A DNA stretch of 47,583 nt from Lysobacterales bacterium (GTDB taxonomy: Bacteria; Pseudomonadota; Gammaproteobacteria; Xanthomonadales; SZUA-5), in the NCBI GenBank assembly GCA_022844165.1, contig JALHMH010000037.1:1-47583 (forward strand). Direction: 5' to 3'. The translations under genes and the position numbers were made by a program. Below the pieces are notes generated by a model. It had not been told where the DNA came from and made no database searches. It worked only from the letters and a program-made list of their open reading frames with translations. Below, piece by piece: positions 1 to 8,913 of this stretch; positions within the stretch are counted from its first letter, which is position 1, and each line of letters begins with the position of its first letter.

Positions 1-387
1 TGGAATTTGCCGCAGGCGCAGTCCAATGTCTTCTTTTGGGGCGGCCTTGGGAGCGCGCGTTATGGCGATGCAGACTTTGCGCGACACATCGGCGTACAGG
101 CCGACTACGAAACCCGCCGAATTTACGCCTCGCTGGTGAGCGAGCTTTACGAGGGCAGTGGCTTCTCGTTTCGCTTCGACACCGTGTCGGTGGGTGTTGC
201 GCCCTACAAGCACGACATGCAGCGTTTGGCGAGCTGGATTGTGCTCAAAGCGAAACACACCAGCAATGCGCAGAACACATCGCTCAAACCCGAACTCACC
301 TGGCGGATGTTCACCGCCAAATGGTGGCTGGACGCCGGAATCGACTCCGACGGCAAGCCGTCGATCAATCTCATGCTGAATTTCTAA
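1..387 (+). CDS. Hypothetical protein, 5' truncated by the window; possible outer-membrane beta-barrel
   Basis: Frame is open from base 1 (WNLPQAQSNVFFWGGLG...). Aromatic-rich amphipathic segments and a C-terminal Phe (SINLMLNF) resemble a beta-barrel signal. Confidence 0.7.
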   Translation, partial: WNLPQAQSNVFFWGGLGSARYGDADFARHIGVQADYETRRIYASLVSELYEGSGFSFRFDTVSVGVAPYKHDMQRLASWIVLKAKHTSNAQNTSLKPELTWRMFTAKWWLDAGIDSDGKPSINLMLNF

Positions 388-452
388 CGAGGTTTCGCCG
401 CAGACCGCCGAGCATGGCTGGATTCGTTCGGCAGCGTACTTGCCACAACCCT

Positions 453-482
453 GCGCGCTTCGCGCGCCCCTTTGCTCAAGGG
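453..482. repeat. Tandem short hairpins, REP-like
   Basis: gcgcgc-ttc-gcgcgc (453-467) directly followed by ccctt-tgctc-aaggg (468-482) in intergenic DNA. Confidence 0.35.
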
Positions 483-547
483 ACTGCAAAAGCGAACGCC
501 GCTCTGAAAAAAACTTGATTCAACTGATGACTCTAAGGACAACCACA

Positions 548-874
548 ATGAAGTTTCTCCGCTCTTTGCTGATCGTGACGCTGATGACGGCATCCGCCGT
601 TGCGAATGCCAGAACCATCCGCCTTGAGGTCAATGGCCTGGTGTGCGCGTTTTGTGCCAATGGCATCACCGAGGCGTTCAATCGCCGCGACGATGTCAGC
701 GATGTATTTGTCAGTCTTGAGCATCGACTGGTCGCGATTGCGATGAAGGATGGCCAGAACATCGACGATGCCGATCTTGAAAAGACGCTCACCGACGCCG
801 GATATACCGTCGTCAGCATCGCGCGCGTGGACACACCGCTCGATGCGATTCGCGCCGAGGTGGCCAATGAATGA
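548..874 (+). CDS. Periplasmic heavy-metal-associated (HMA) domain protein, MerP/CopZ-like
   Basis: ATG at 548 after AAGGA; signal peptide ending ANA; GLVCAFC metal motif; C-terminal DAGY; 108 aa. Confidence 0.85.
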   Translation: MKFLRSLLIVTLMTASAVANARTIRLEVNGLVCAFCANGITEAFNRRDDVSDVFVSLEHRLVAIAMKDGQNIDDADLEKTLTDAGYTVVSIARVDTPLDAIRAEVANE

Positions 875-1253
875 GCTGTTGCGTCCTCTGAGAACCGGTG
901 CTTGGGGCGCAACCGGCGCCCTGCTCGCGAGCGCCGGAACTCTGGTGTGTTGCGTACTGCCGGCAGCCATGGTGAGCCTTGGCGCGGGCGCCACGCTGGC
1001 CAGCCTGGTCAGTGCGGTGCCAGCGCTGATCTGGCTATCCGCGCACAAAGGCCTGGTGTTCGGCGTGGCGACAGTGTCCTTGATCATCGCGGGCGCACTG
1101 CTTTGGCGCGCGCGCAACGCGCCGTGTCCCGCAGACCCTGATCTGGCGAGAGCTTGCGCGCGCCTGCGACGATTCTCGCACGCGCTGTATATCGCCTCGG
1201 TGCTGATGACGGCAACCGGCGCGCTGTTCGCGTTTTTATTGCCGTTGTTGTAG
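867..1253 (+). CDS. MerT-like inner-membrane metal transport protein
   Basis: ATG overlaps the HMA gene end; three hydrophobic segments; Cys pair VCCVLP in the first helix and a second pair (CPADPDLARAC) in a loop. Confidence 0.75.
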   Translation: MNELLRPLRTGAWGATGALLASAGTLVCCVLPAAMVSLGAGATLASLVSAVPALIWLSAHKGLVFGVATVSLIIAGALLWRARNAPCPADPDLARACARLRRFSHALYIASVLMTATGALFAFLLPLL

Positions 1254-1803
1254 CTCGCTGCGCAGGCCCGAGGGCGGCCCGCAATTGCAATCCGCCGGTG
1301 CTCTGCACCGGCGCTGTCGTCGTCACGCATCGTCCGTGCGCGGCCGACCACGTCCTCAAATTCAACGCCGACTTGAACGCCGCGCAAAGACTCTGATCAA
1401 CATCCGAGTCGGGTTGGCTCGACTTCCTCTGTACCGTTTGCCGAACTGGCACAAGCAGATCTTTGCAACGTCGTGCATCCGATTGCGATCGTCGCTGCGT
1501 AACAGACGTGTATGCACACCCGAGCGTTGGCAGATGGGGCGATTCATGCAATTCAGATTTGCGGCCAGCATTCCTCAGCGCGACACGCAGCCATTGGGCA
1601 TGCGCCACCTCTGCAAACCGCTCTGGCATCGGGCCAACACCGCATTCGGCGCACATGGCGATTCGCCTGATCACAGGGTCCTGTCCCGCACAACTCGCGG
1701 AATGCCGCTCCATCGCCCACTGGAACGGGATTCCCGCCCGTCGAGAAAGCTTCGAAACGTTGCCGACGCATGCACTTTTGTCCACCAAAACGCGGAGCAT
1801 TGA

Positions 1804-3897
1804 ATGAAGTCTCTTGCACTGATCACACTCGGTAGCGCGCTGTTCGCCGCCCTGCCAGCCGCAGCACAAACCAGCGCCTACGCACTGCTCACGGCAGACG
1901 GCAATCTTGCCTTCGCCATCGACGGCCAACCCGACACGCCGACATCGGCGCTGCCGGTACTTGGCCTGATGACAGGCGATGTGCTCGTGGCCATCGATGT
2001 GCGCCCGCAAAACGGGCGACTATATGGCCTCGGTCAGAATCCCAAACTGGGCACGGTCCGGCTCTACCACCTTGATATCTACGGCGCCGCGGTGCGCGCA
2101 ACGTCGGTGGGCGAAGCAGGCGGTTTCGTCGACGCTAACGGCAATCCCCTGCTGATTCTCGCGCAAGCCTTCGACATCGATTTTAATCCCACGGTCGATC
2201 GTTTGCGGGTGATTGCCAGCAACGGACTGAATTTCCGCATGAATCCCAATAACGGCGCGTTGATCGATGGCAACTTCAACATCACCATGAATCCACCGGC
2301 TGGGGTCAATCCGGATGCCAGTCTCAATGGGGGTGGCGGTGGCGCCATGGGCACCGCTTACACCAACAACGCCATCAACGTCAGCGTCACCACGCAGTAC
2401 ACGCTCGATCATCTCAATGACACGTTGTACATTCAGAACCCGCCCAATGCCGGCACACTGGTGGCTGCACTGCCCATCACCAGCAACGGCGCGCCGCTGA
2501 ATTTCTCCGCCGACGGTGGCCTCGATATCGAGCCTGGCATCAGCGTCACATCCTCAGGCAGTGCCGCGCAAGGTTCAGCCGCGGCAGCGCTGACCGTTGG
2601 CGGCCAGTCGCGCCTGTACCGGATCAATCTTGCTGACGGAACGACGCAACTGCAGGGCAGTTTGGGCGGCCTCAATGTGGTCGATATTGCGGTGGTCAAC
2701 CTGCCGGCAACCGTCAATACGCTGTCACTGTCGGGTACGCAGCTGGCGCGCTTCGCGCTCGCGGCGCCGGGCGCTGTGGCAACGGCAAACGTCACGGGCG
2801 TCGTGGCCGGCGAGCGCCTCGTCGCCATCGATCAGCGACCGAACACGGCGCAGCTCTATGCGCTCGGCATTGATGCCAACAACGATCGCGGCACGATCTA
2901 TGTGCTGGAACCGCAAAGCGCTGGTGGCACCGCACTGGCGAGCCCGGTCGGTGCGCCCGGACGCATCCAGTACTTCGACGAAAACAGCGTCGCCGTCGAC
3001 CTGAGCGATCTGCCTGTCGGCCTGGATTTCAACCCTTTCGTCGACCGGATCCGCATTGTTGACGCCTCAGGCCTGAACGCACGCGCCAATCCCAACGATG
3101 GCGCGCCAATCGACGGCAACGGCAGTGTGCCGTTGGTCAATCCCGACGGCCCGGTCCAGGCGCAGGTGGGAACGCAACTGGTCGCGACGGCGTACACCTC
3201 AAACTTCACGATGCCAACTGCGACGACGCAATACACACTGGACCAGTTCGCCGCGCAATTGTTCATCCAAAATCCGCCGAACGGTGGCAATCAAACGCTA
3301 CCGCTGGCGCTCACGATCGGCGGTGCGCCGTTCGTCTTTAGTAGCGATACCGGCTTCGACATCCCGCCCGGTCCAACCAGCGCAATGCAGAACACGCCCG
3401 CGCCTGGCCTGGGTTATTTCACGGCCAACAGTCCGGCTGGCGCGGCGACGCTCTACGAAATCAACCTCGCCGATGCGGTGGTGCGCTCGCTGGGCACAAT
3501 CGGTATGGGTAGCGCATCGCTCACGGGTTTGGTGGCCTATTCGGCACCAGCCCAGGTTGCGTTCGAAACGACCTCGATCCTCGTCGACGAAAGCAATCAA
3601 CCCGCGGCCGTTCAAGTGTTGCTGCTGGGCGGTGGCAGCGCCCCGGTGTACTTCCGCACCAGCGACGGCACAGCCATCGCCGGCCAGGACTACACGGCGA
3701 CCCGCGGCACCTTGTTTTTGAGCGCGGCCAATCCGCAGGCCACGATCGAGATTCCGATCAACGTCGATGCGCTCGAGGAGCCCGACGAGACCTTCACGGT
3801 ACAGCTATCGGGCCCCTTTGTCACACCCACGACTCTCACCATCACCATTCGCAATCGCGGCGATGCCATTTTCGCCACCGGCTTTGAATCGCTGTAA
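1804..3897 (+). CDS. Secreted protein with two DUF4394 domains, a Calx-beta domain and a C-terminal DAIFATGFE tail
   Basis: GGAG RBS; signal peptide; duplicated motifs AIDxRP, DFNPxVDR, AYTxN, IQNPPN; Calx-beta signature TSDGTAIAGQDY...EEPDETFTVQLS. Confidence 0.85.
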   Translation: MKSLALITLGSALFAALPAAAQTSAYALLTADGNLAFAIDGQPDTPTSALPVLGLMTGDVLVAIDVRPQNGRLYGLGQNPKLGTVRLYHLDIYGAAVRATSVGEAGGFVDANGNPLLILAQAFDIDFNPTVDRLRVIASNGLNFRMNPNNGALIDGNFNITMNPPAGVNPDASLNGGGGGAMGTAYTNNAINVSVTTQYTLDHLNDTLYIQNPPNAGTLVAALPITSNGAPLNFSADGGLDIEPGISVTSSGSAAQGSAAAALTVGGQSRLYRINLADGTTQLQGSLGGLNVVDIAVVNLPATVNTLSLSGTQLARFALAAPGAVATANVTGVVAGERLVAIDQRPNTAQLYALGIDANNDRGTIYVLEPQSAGGTALASPVGAPGRIQYFDENSVAVDLSDLPVGLDFNPFVDRIRIVDASGLNARANPNDGAPIDGNGSVPLVNPDGPVQAQVGTQLVATAYTSNFTMPTATTQYTLDQFAAQLFIQNPPNGGNQTLPLALTIGGAPFVFSSDTGFDIPPGPTSAMQNTPAPGLGYFTANSPAGAATLYEINLADAVVRSLGTIGMGSASLTGLVAYSAPAQVAFETTSILVDESNQPAAVQVLLLGGGSAPVYFRTSDGTAIAGQDYTATRGTLFLSAANPQATIEIPINVDALEEPDETFTVQLSGPFVTPTTLTITIRNRGDAIFATGFESL

Positions 3898-3931
3898 ACG
3901 GCTCTTGCATTCCACTTCGAAGGAGATTCCC

Positions 3932-5413
3932 ATGAAAACTACGCAGCTTTGCACCGCACTGACGCTGGCCCTGTCGATCTTGGTCAGTGGCAACGCGATC
4001 GCCTCAAGCCATCGCGAAGCGCCGTTTATTTCTGAACACCCCAGAGTCGATGGCACCGACTTTTACATGTTCCGCAGCTATGAAACGGGTCGCAGCGATT
4101 TTGTCACGCTGGTGGCCAACTACTTGCCGCTGCAGGACGCTTACGGTGGTCCGAATTATTTCCAGTTGGACCCGGAAGCACTGTACGAAATCCACATCGA
4201 CAACAACGGCGATGCGATTGAGGACATCACCTTTCAATTCCGCTTCAACAACGCCTACCAGAACGCGGCCATCCCGGTGGGCGGACAGATGATCCCAGTG
4301 CCGCTGTTGGCCCTGGGACGCATCACCGGCTCGGATCCGAATTCGCAAGATTCCGTCAAGAATCTGGTCGAAACATATACCGTCGGCGTTATTCGCGGCG
4401 GCCGTCGTGCCAGCACGCCGCAGTTGGCAACAAACACCGCCACCAGTTCCACCACGTTCCGCAAGCCGCTGGACAATATCGGTGAGAAGACTTTTGCGGC
4501 CTACGAGGCATACGCAGATAACCACATCTTCCCGATTGCAGTTCCCGGCTGCGCCACGCCGGGGCGCGTATTCGTCGGTCAACGCCGCGACGGTTTCCGC
4601 ATTCCGCTCGGCGAGGTTTTCGACCTGATCAATCTCAACCCGCTTGGTCCGGCCAACGGTATTGCCGCACTCGACGATGTCATCGACAAGAACGTCACAT
4701 CGATCTCATTGGAACTTCCGATCAGCTGTCTGACCACGACACAACCGATCATCGGCGGTTGGACCACGGCCAGCCTGCGCCGCGCGCGCACGCTCAACCC
4801 CACGCCCGGCGGTACATCAACGGTGCCGAATTCGGCGGGTCCACCGGCTGCGATCGAAGGCGGAAGTTTCGTTCAAGTCTCGCGACTGGGCACGCCTTTG
4901 GTGAACGAACTGGTGATTGGACTGGGCGACAAGGATCGCTTCAACGCTTCCGAACCACGCAACGACGGTCAGTTTGCGGCCTATGTGACCAACCCGACGC
5001 TGCCGGAGCTGATCGAAATTCTGTTCGCCGCTCAAGCGCCTGATGTGTTCCCGCGCACCGACCTCGTCGCCGCCGCGCTCACCGGTGTTGCCGGCCTCAA
5101 TCAGCCACCCGGCGTCACGGCATCGGAAATGCTGCGTTTGAACACCTCAACCGCGGTCACGGCTGCAGCCATGCAGAATCGTCTGGGTGTCATCGCCAAC
5201 GACAACGCCGGTTTTCCGAACGGCCGGCGCCCAGGCGATGACGTGGTGGATATTTTGCTGCGCGTGATGATGGGCGTGCTTCTGCCGCCAGCCCAGGCGC
5301 CAGCGGGGCAATTGGCGTTGGTCGATGGCGTCGAAGTCAACGCCAGCCAGTTCCGCACGACCTTCCCATACCTCGTCACACCGGTGCCAGGCGCGGTGGG
5401 TGTGATTCCGTAG
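3932..5413 (+). CDS. DUF4331 domain-containing secreted protein
   Basis: AAGGAG RBS; signal peptide then SSHREAP, TDFYMFRS, QVSRLGTPLVNE, GFPNGRRPGDDVVD and FPYL motifs. Confidence 0.9.
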   Translation: MKTTQLCTALTLALSILVSGNAIASSHREAPFISEHPRVDGTDFYMFRSYETGRSDFVTLVANYLPLQDAYGGPNYFQLDPEALYEIHIDNNGDAIEDITFQFRFNNAYQNAAIPVGGQMIPVPLLALGRITGSDPNSQDSVKNLVETYTVGVIRGGRRASTPQLATNTATSSTTFRKPLDNIGEKTFAAYEAYADNHIFPIAVPGCATPGRVFVGQRRDGFRIPLGEVFDLINLNPLGPANGIAALDDVIDKNVTSISLELPISCLTTTQPIIGGWTTASLRRARTLNPTPGGTSTVPNSAGPPAAIEGGSFVQVSRLGTPLVNELVIGLGDKDRFNASEPRNDGQFAAYVTNPTLPELIEILFAAQAPDVFPRTDLVAAALTGVAGLNQPPGVTASEMLRLNTSTAVTAAAMQNRLGVIANDNAGFPNGRRPGDDVVDILLRVMMGVLLPPAQAPAGQLALVDGVEVNASQFRTTFPYLVTPVPGAVGVIP

Positions 5414-5429
5414 GTCTGGGTCGTCTGCT

Positions 5430-5461
5430 GAGGATCGCGCGGGTCTTCCCGCGCGATCCTC
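5430..5461 (+). terminator. Strong hairpin after the DUF4331 gene (terminator or mRNA stabiliser)
   Basis: Perfect 14-bp stem gaggatcgcgcggg-tctt-cccgcgcgatcctc; no U-tract. Confidence 0.6.
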
Positions 5462-5624
5462 GGCCGCTCAGTCAGGCGCCTTCGCCACCTGGGATTCCCG
5501 TCTATCGATCAAAGATTGCACCTTTGGACAGTCGCTCAGTCGTCGGCACCAGCCTTGGTGCCGCACCGAAATGTAATTCATATCTCCCGGGTCTACTCAC
5601 CGGTCTTATGTTTCGGTCAGTCGC

Positions 5625-6176
5625 ATGTTCAATCATTACTCGTTCGTGGGTGGCGAACATGGGCCGTGGCGGGTTGTCAGCTGCAACGGCCTCAGGGGCG
5701 AGTCGCTCCCTGTGGTGCCATCCGTGCGCTTCGTGAGCGGGCTTTCACCGCAAACGGCGACGGGGGATTCGTGGGTTTTGCGTGGTTTCACCAGCAACGT
5801 GCGCTACGCAGAGCGTCGAGAGATCGACCAACTTCGCGCGCAACAAGAGGGCCTCAATCGGCCAGCGGCGACGCGCGCAGCGCTGATCCCGATTCGCAAA
5901 AGCGCTCGATGGTGGGCACTGTCGCAGGACGAGCGCCGAACGATCTTCGAGGCGCAATCGCATCACACTGAGATCGGGCTCGCTTACCTGCCCCAGATCG
6001 CCAGACAGCTCCACCACTGCCGGGACATCGGCGAACCCTTCGACTTCCTGACATGGTTCGAGTTTGCGCCGGAGCACGCCCCTGACTTCGAATGTCTGGT
6101 GGAACAGCTGCGCAAAACACCGGAGTGGGATTATGTCGAGCGCGAAGTCGACATTCGTTTGATCAGGAAGCACTGA
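5625..6176 (+). CDS. cld: Chlorite dismutase family protein, short clade-2 type
   Basis: 183 aa; LRGFTSNVRY, IPIRKSARWW, SHH...IARQLHHCRDIGEPFDFLTWFEF and EWDYVEREVDIRL motifs. Confidence 0.85.
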   Translation: MFNHYSFVGGEHGPWRVVSCNGLRGESLPVVPSVRFVSGLSPQTATGDSWVLRGFTSNVRYAERREIDQLRAQQEGLNRPAATRAALIPIRKSARWWALSQDERRTIFEAQSHHTEIGLAYLPQIARQLHHCRDIGEPFDFLTWFEFAPEHAPDFECLVEQLRKTPEWDYVEREVDIRLIRKH

Positions 6177-6262
6177 CTCTTCCGAGTGAGCCTCGCGCCT
6201 ACTTCACGCCACTTTGGCTCTATCTGCGAAGACATTCTTTAACCACGAAGACAAATGGCAGA

Positions 6263-7531
6263 TCAGGCCGGCGGCGCTGCGACAGGAAATCTGACCCGTG
6301 CAACCAGACCGCCGCTCAGGGCGTTGCTCAGTTCCAGGCTTGCGTTGTCCGCGGCCAATGCACGCTTGGCAATGCTCAGCCCTAAACCGGCGCCCTTGCT
6401 ATTGCGTGCGGTATCGCCCCGGTAGAACGGCTCGCCGCAGCGTTGCAGCAGTTGCGGCGCCATACCTTGACCGGCATCGGCAATCTGCAGCTGTACCGCT
6501 CCCGGCGCACTGAACAATCGAATCTCGAACGGCGCTGCGCCGTGTTGTTCGGCGTTCTGCAGGAGATTATCGAGTGCGCGACGAAGGCCGATGGGTCTGG
6601 CCGCAACCCAAAGATCAGGCGTGGCGTCGATCGTCCAATTCGCCGTGCGCCGCGACGCCAGTTCCCGAATGAGCGCGCCAAGTTCGATCAATCGCTGCGG
6701 CTCGTCTTTATCGTCGCGAACAAACGCGAGACAACTCTCGATGATTCCATCCATCTCATCGATGTCTGCGATCATTGCATTACGTGGCTCAGCCGACTCA
6801 TGATCGTTCAATTCCAGCGCCAGCCGCAGGCGCGTCAACGGTGTGCGCAGATCGTGCGAGATGCCGGCGAGTATGGTCTCGCGCTCACGCTGCGTTTGTG
6901 CTGCCTGCTCTGCTGCACGAACGATCACGGCTGCAAGGGTTTGCACCTCACGTGGCGCGTCATCGAGATTGAGCTTGCCAAAGACGGCGCCAACCAACGA
7001 GTCGGCCTGGCTGGCCAGCTGCTCGATTGGGCGCACCAGCACCCGTGCGATCAGCATCGCCGCGAGCAGCGCGATGACGCACGCCGAAGCGACAATGCTG
7101 GTGACCACAAGCGCCGCGCGATCGCGAAAGCCGGCGACCGTCAGCCCGATCCATGTATCTGCCTGATGCCGGCTGCGCAGCCAAATGCGCGCATCGCTGC
7201 CGGCGGATAACAAGACCCATCGCTGATCGCCAACCATCCTGCCGACTTCGGCGCGCAGGTGCTCAAGGAACGGTTGGCTCGAGTCGCCGTTCTCCGGCAC
7301 CTGTTGCGCAAGGATGATCTGGCCGGTTTGCAATGCCGCCAGCGCCGAGCGCTGATCACCTGCCAGCAGTGCGTCGGTGGCTTCAAGCTGCGCAAAAGCC
7401 TGGCGCGCGAGCGGTGGCGCGGTGGCCCAAATGTACCAGCGCAAGCTGCCTGCGGCAGATAACAACACCAGCAACAGGGTCAGTACCTGCAGCGCCAGAA
7501 CGCGAGCATAGGTCGTCGGTAGCAGGCGCAT
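6263..7531 (-). CDS. Sensor histidine kinase, EnvZ-like
   Basis: Two TM segments, HAMP region, H-box ISHDLRTPL, N-box NAEQHG, DAGQG and GAGLGLSI G-boxes. Confidence 0.92.
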   Translation of the reverse strand: MRLLPTTYARVLALQVLTLLLVLLSAAGSLRWYIWATAPPLARQAFAQLEATDALLAGDQRSALAALQTGQIILAQQVPENGDSSQPFLEHLRAEVGRMVGDQRWVLLSAGSDARIWLRSRHQADTWIGLTVAGFRDRAALVVTSIVASACVIALLAAMLIARVLVRPIEQLASQADSLVGAVFGKLNLDDAPREVQTLAAVIVRAAEQAAQTQRERETILAGISHDLRTPLTRLRLALELNDHESAEPRNAMIADIDEMDGIIESCLAFVRDDKDEPQRLIELGALIRELASRRTANWTIDATPDLWVAARPIGLRRALDNLLQNAEQHGAAPFEIRLFSAPGAVQLQIADAGQGMAPQLLQRCGEPFYRGDTARNSKGAGLGLSIAKRALAADNASLELSNALSGGLVARVRFPVAAPPA

Positions 7532-7532
7532 T

Positions 7533-8231
7533 TCAAGTGGCCTGCGGCACAAACATGTAACCCACACCCCACACCGTTTGCAGCCATCTGGGCTGGCGCG
7601 GATCTTCCTCGATCAGCTTGCGTAACCGCACCACCATCACGTCGATGCTGCGATCGAAGGCCTCAATGCCGGCGCCTCTGGTCATACTCACCAGCTTGTC
7701 GCGTGTCATCGGTTCGCCAGGGCGGCTGGTGAGTGCGGCCAATAGCGCGCATTCGCCGCTGGTGAGTTTGAGCGGCTGACCCTCACGAGTCAGCGTGCGC
7801 GAATTGGGATCGAAGGTGTATGCACCAAAGTGCAGTGGCTCGCCCGTGACGACGCGAACCGGTGCGACGCGGCGCAACACGGCATTAATCCGCGCAACCA
7901 ATTCACGCGGATTGAAGGGTTTGCCGATGTAGTCGTCGGCACCGATCTCCAAACCAATGATGCGGTCGATCTCATCGCCTTTGGCCGTCAGCATGATGAT
8001 CGGCATGGCCACGCCCTCGCCACGTAACTGCCGACAGACGCTCAAACCGTCGCCATCAGGCAGCATCAAATCCAGCACCAGCAAATCGATATGGTGTTCG
8101 CGAAGAACCCGGCGCATGGCGGCAATATTGCTCACGCCGCGCACGCCGAATCCTTGCGAAGTCAGATAGCGCTCCAGCAGATCGCGCTGCCGTAAGTCGT
8201 CTTCGAGAATCAAGATCGAGGGCGTTTGCAT
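7533..8231 (-). CDS. OmpR-family response regulator
   Basis: Receiver motifs ILEDD, LDLMLP, MLTAK, GADDY, KPF; winged helix DRSIDV...RLRKLIE...TVWGVGY. Confidence 0.95.
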   Translation of the reverse strand: MQTPSILILEDDLRQRDLLERYLTSQGFGVRGVSNIAAMRRVLREHHIDLLVLDLMLPDGDGLSVCRQLRGEGVAMPIIMLTAKGDEIDRIIGLEIGADDYIGKPFNPRELVARINAVLRRVAPVRVVTGEPLHFGAYTFDPNSRTLTREGQPLKLTSGECALLAALTSRPGEPMTRDKLVSMTRGAGIEAFDRSIDVMVVRLRKLIEEDPRQPRWLQTVWGVGYMFVPQAT

Positions 8232-8274
8232 GACCGCAGCGTAGCCAATGGCGCAGCCGCTGAACATACGCATT

Positions 8275-8340
8275 TGTAAGCAGATGTTTCATAGCAGCCA
8301 TCCCGCATGTTTGCTCACAAACGCGTTGCAGCGCCAAACA
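8275..8340. promoter_or_regulatory. Candidate OmpR-family direct-repeat binding sites in the divergent promoter
   Basis: TGTAAG (8275) and TGTTTC (8285) 10 bp apart; TCACA, TTGCA and AAACA ending at 8319, 8330 and 8340. Confidence 0.4.
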
Positions 8341-8405
8341 ACTCCGGAGTGCGCCGCGACTAGGCTGCGCTTGCCGCAATTGGCGGCGTACCCAGGAGCA
8401 ACTCC

Positions 8406-8888
8406 ATGCGCCAATTCATTCTGATCGGTGCCACGACCCTGTTCGTGATCGGCACCAGTGCCGCGCTCGCCCAGCCGACGATGCTGAGCCCGCTGCTGCG
8501 CTTTGCCAGCGAACGGCAACAGTCGATAGCGAGCTTTGTCACCACGCTGAATTTGACCCCGGCGCAGCAGGCGCAAGCCAGAGCCTTGCAGCAATCGGCC
8601 AAAGAAACCCGCGTCGACATCCTGTTGGCAGCGACCGTCGCCGGTGAGCAGGTCAAACGAGACCTTGCCGACCCCAACGCAGACCTGCACCAAACCGCGC
8701 GATTGGTGCAAGCCACGGTCGACACGCAACTGGCGGCGCACCGCGCGTTGACCGACGAGCGACTGCGCTTCTACGACAACCTGAGCCCAAGCCAACAGGC
8801 GCTGGTGCGCGCGGAAATCGTCGAGCGCATCGAGCGCCTGGAGCGGCTGCAGCAGGTGCTCTTGGACTTCGCCGGCGATGGCATCTGA
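8406..8888 (+). CDS. Periplasmic Spy/CpxP-like helical protein
   Basis: AGGAG RBS; signal peptide ending ALA; two LTxxQ-like motifs (LNLTPAQQ, LSPSQQ); divergent from a two-component system. Confidence 0.7.
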   Translation: MRQFILIGATTLFVIGTSAALAQPTMLSPLLRFASERQQSIASFVTTLNLTPAQQAQARALQQSAKETRVDILLAATVAGEQVKRDLADPNADLHQTARLVQATVDTQLAAHRALTDERLRFYDNLSPSQQALVRAEIVERIERLERLQQVLLDFAGDGI

Positions 8889-8913
8889 GTGAGTGACCGA
8901 AAGGGGATCCACG

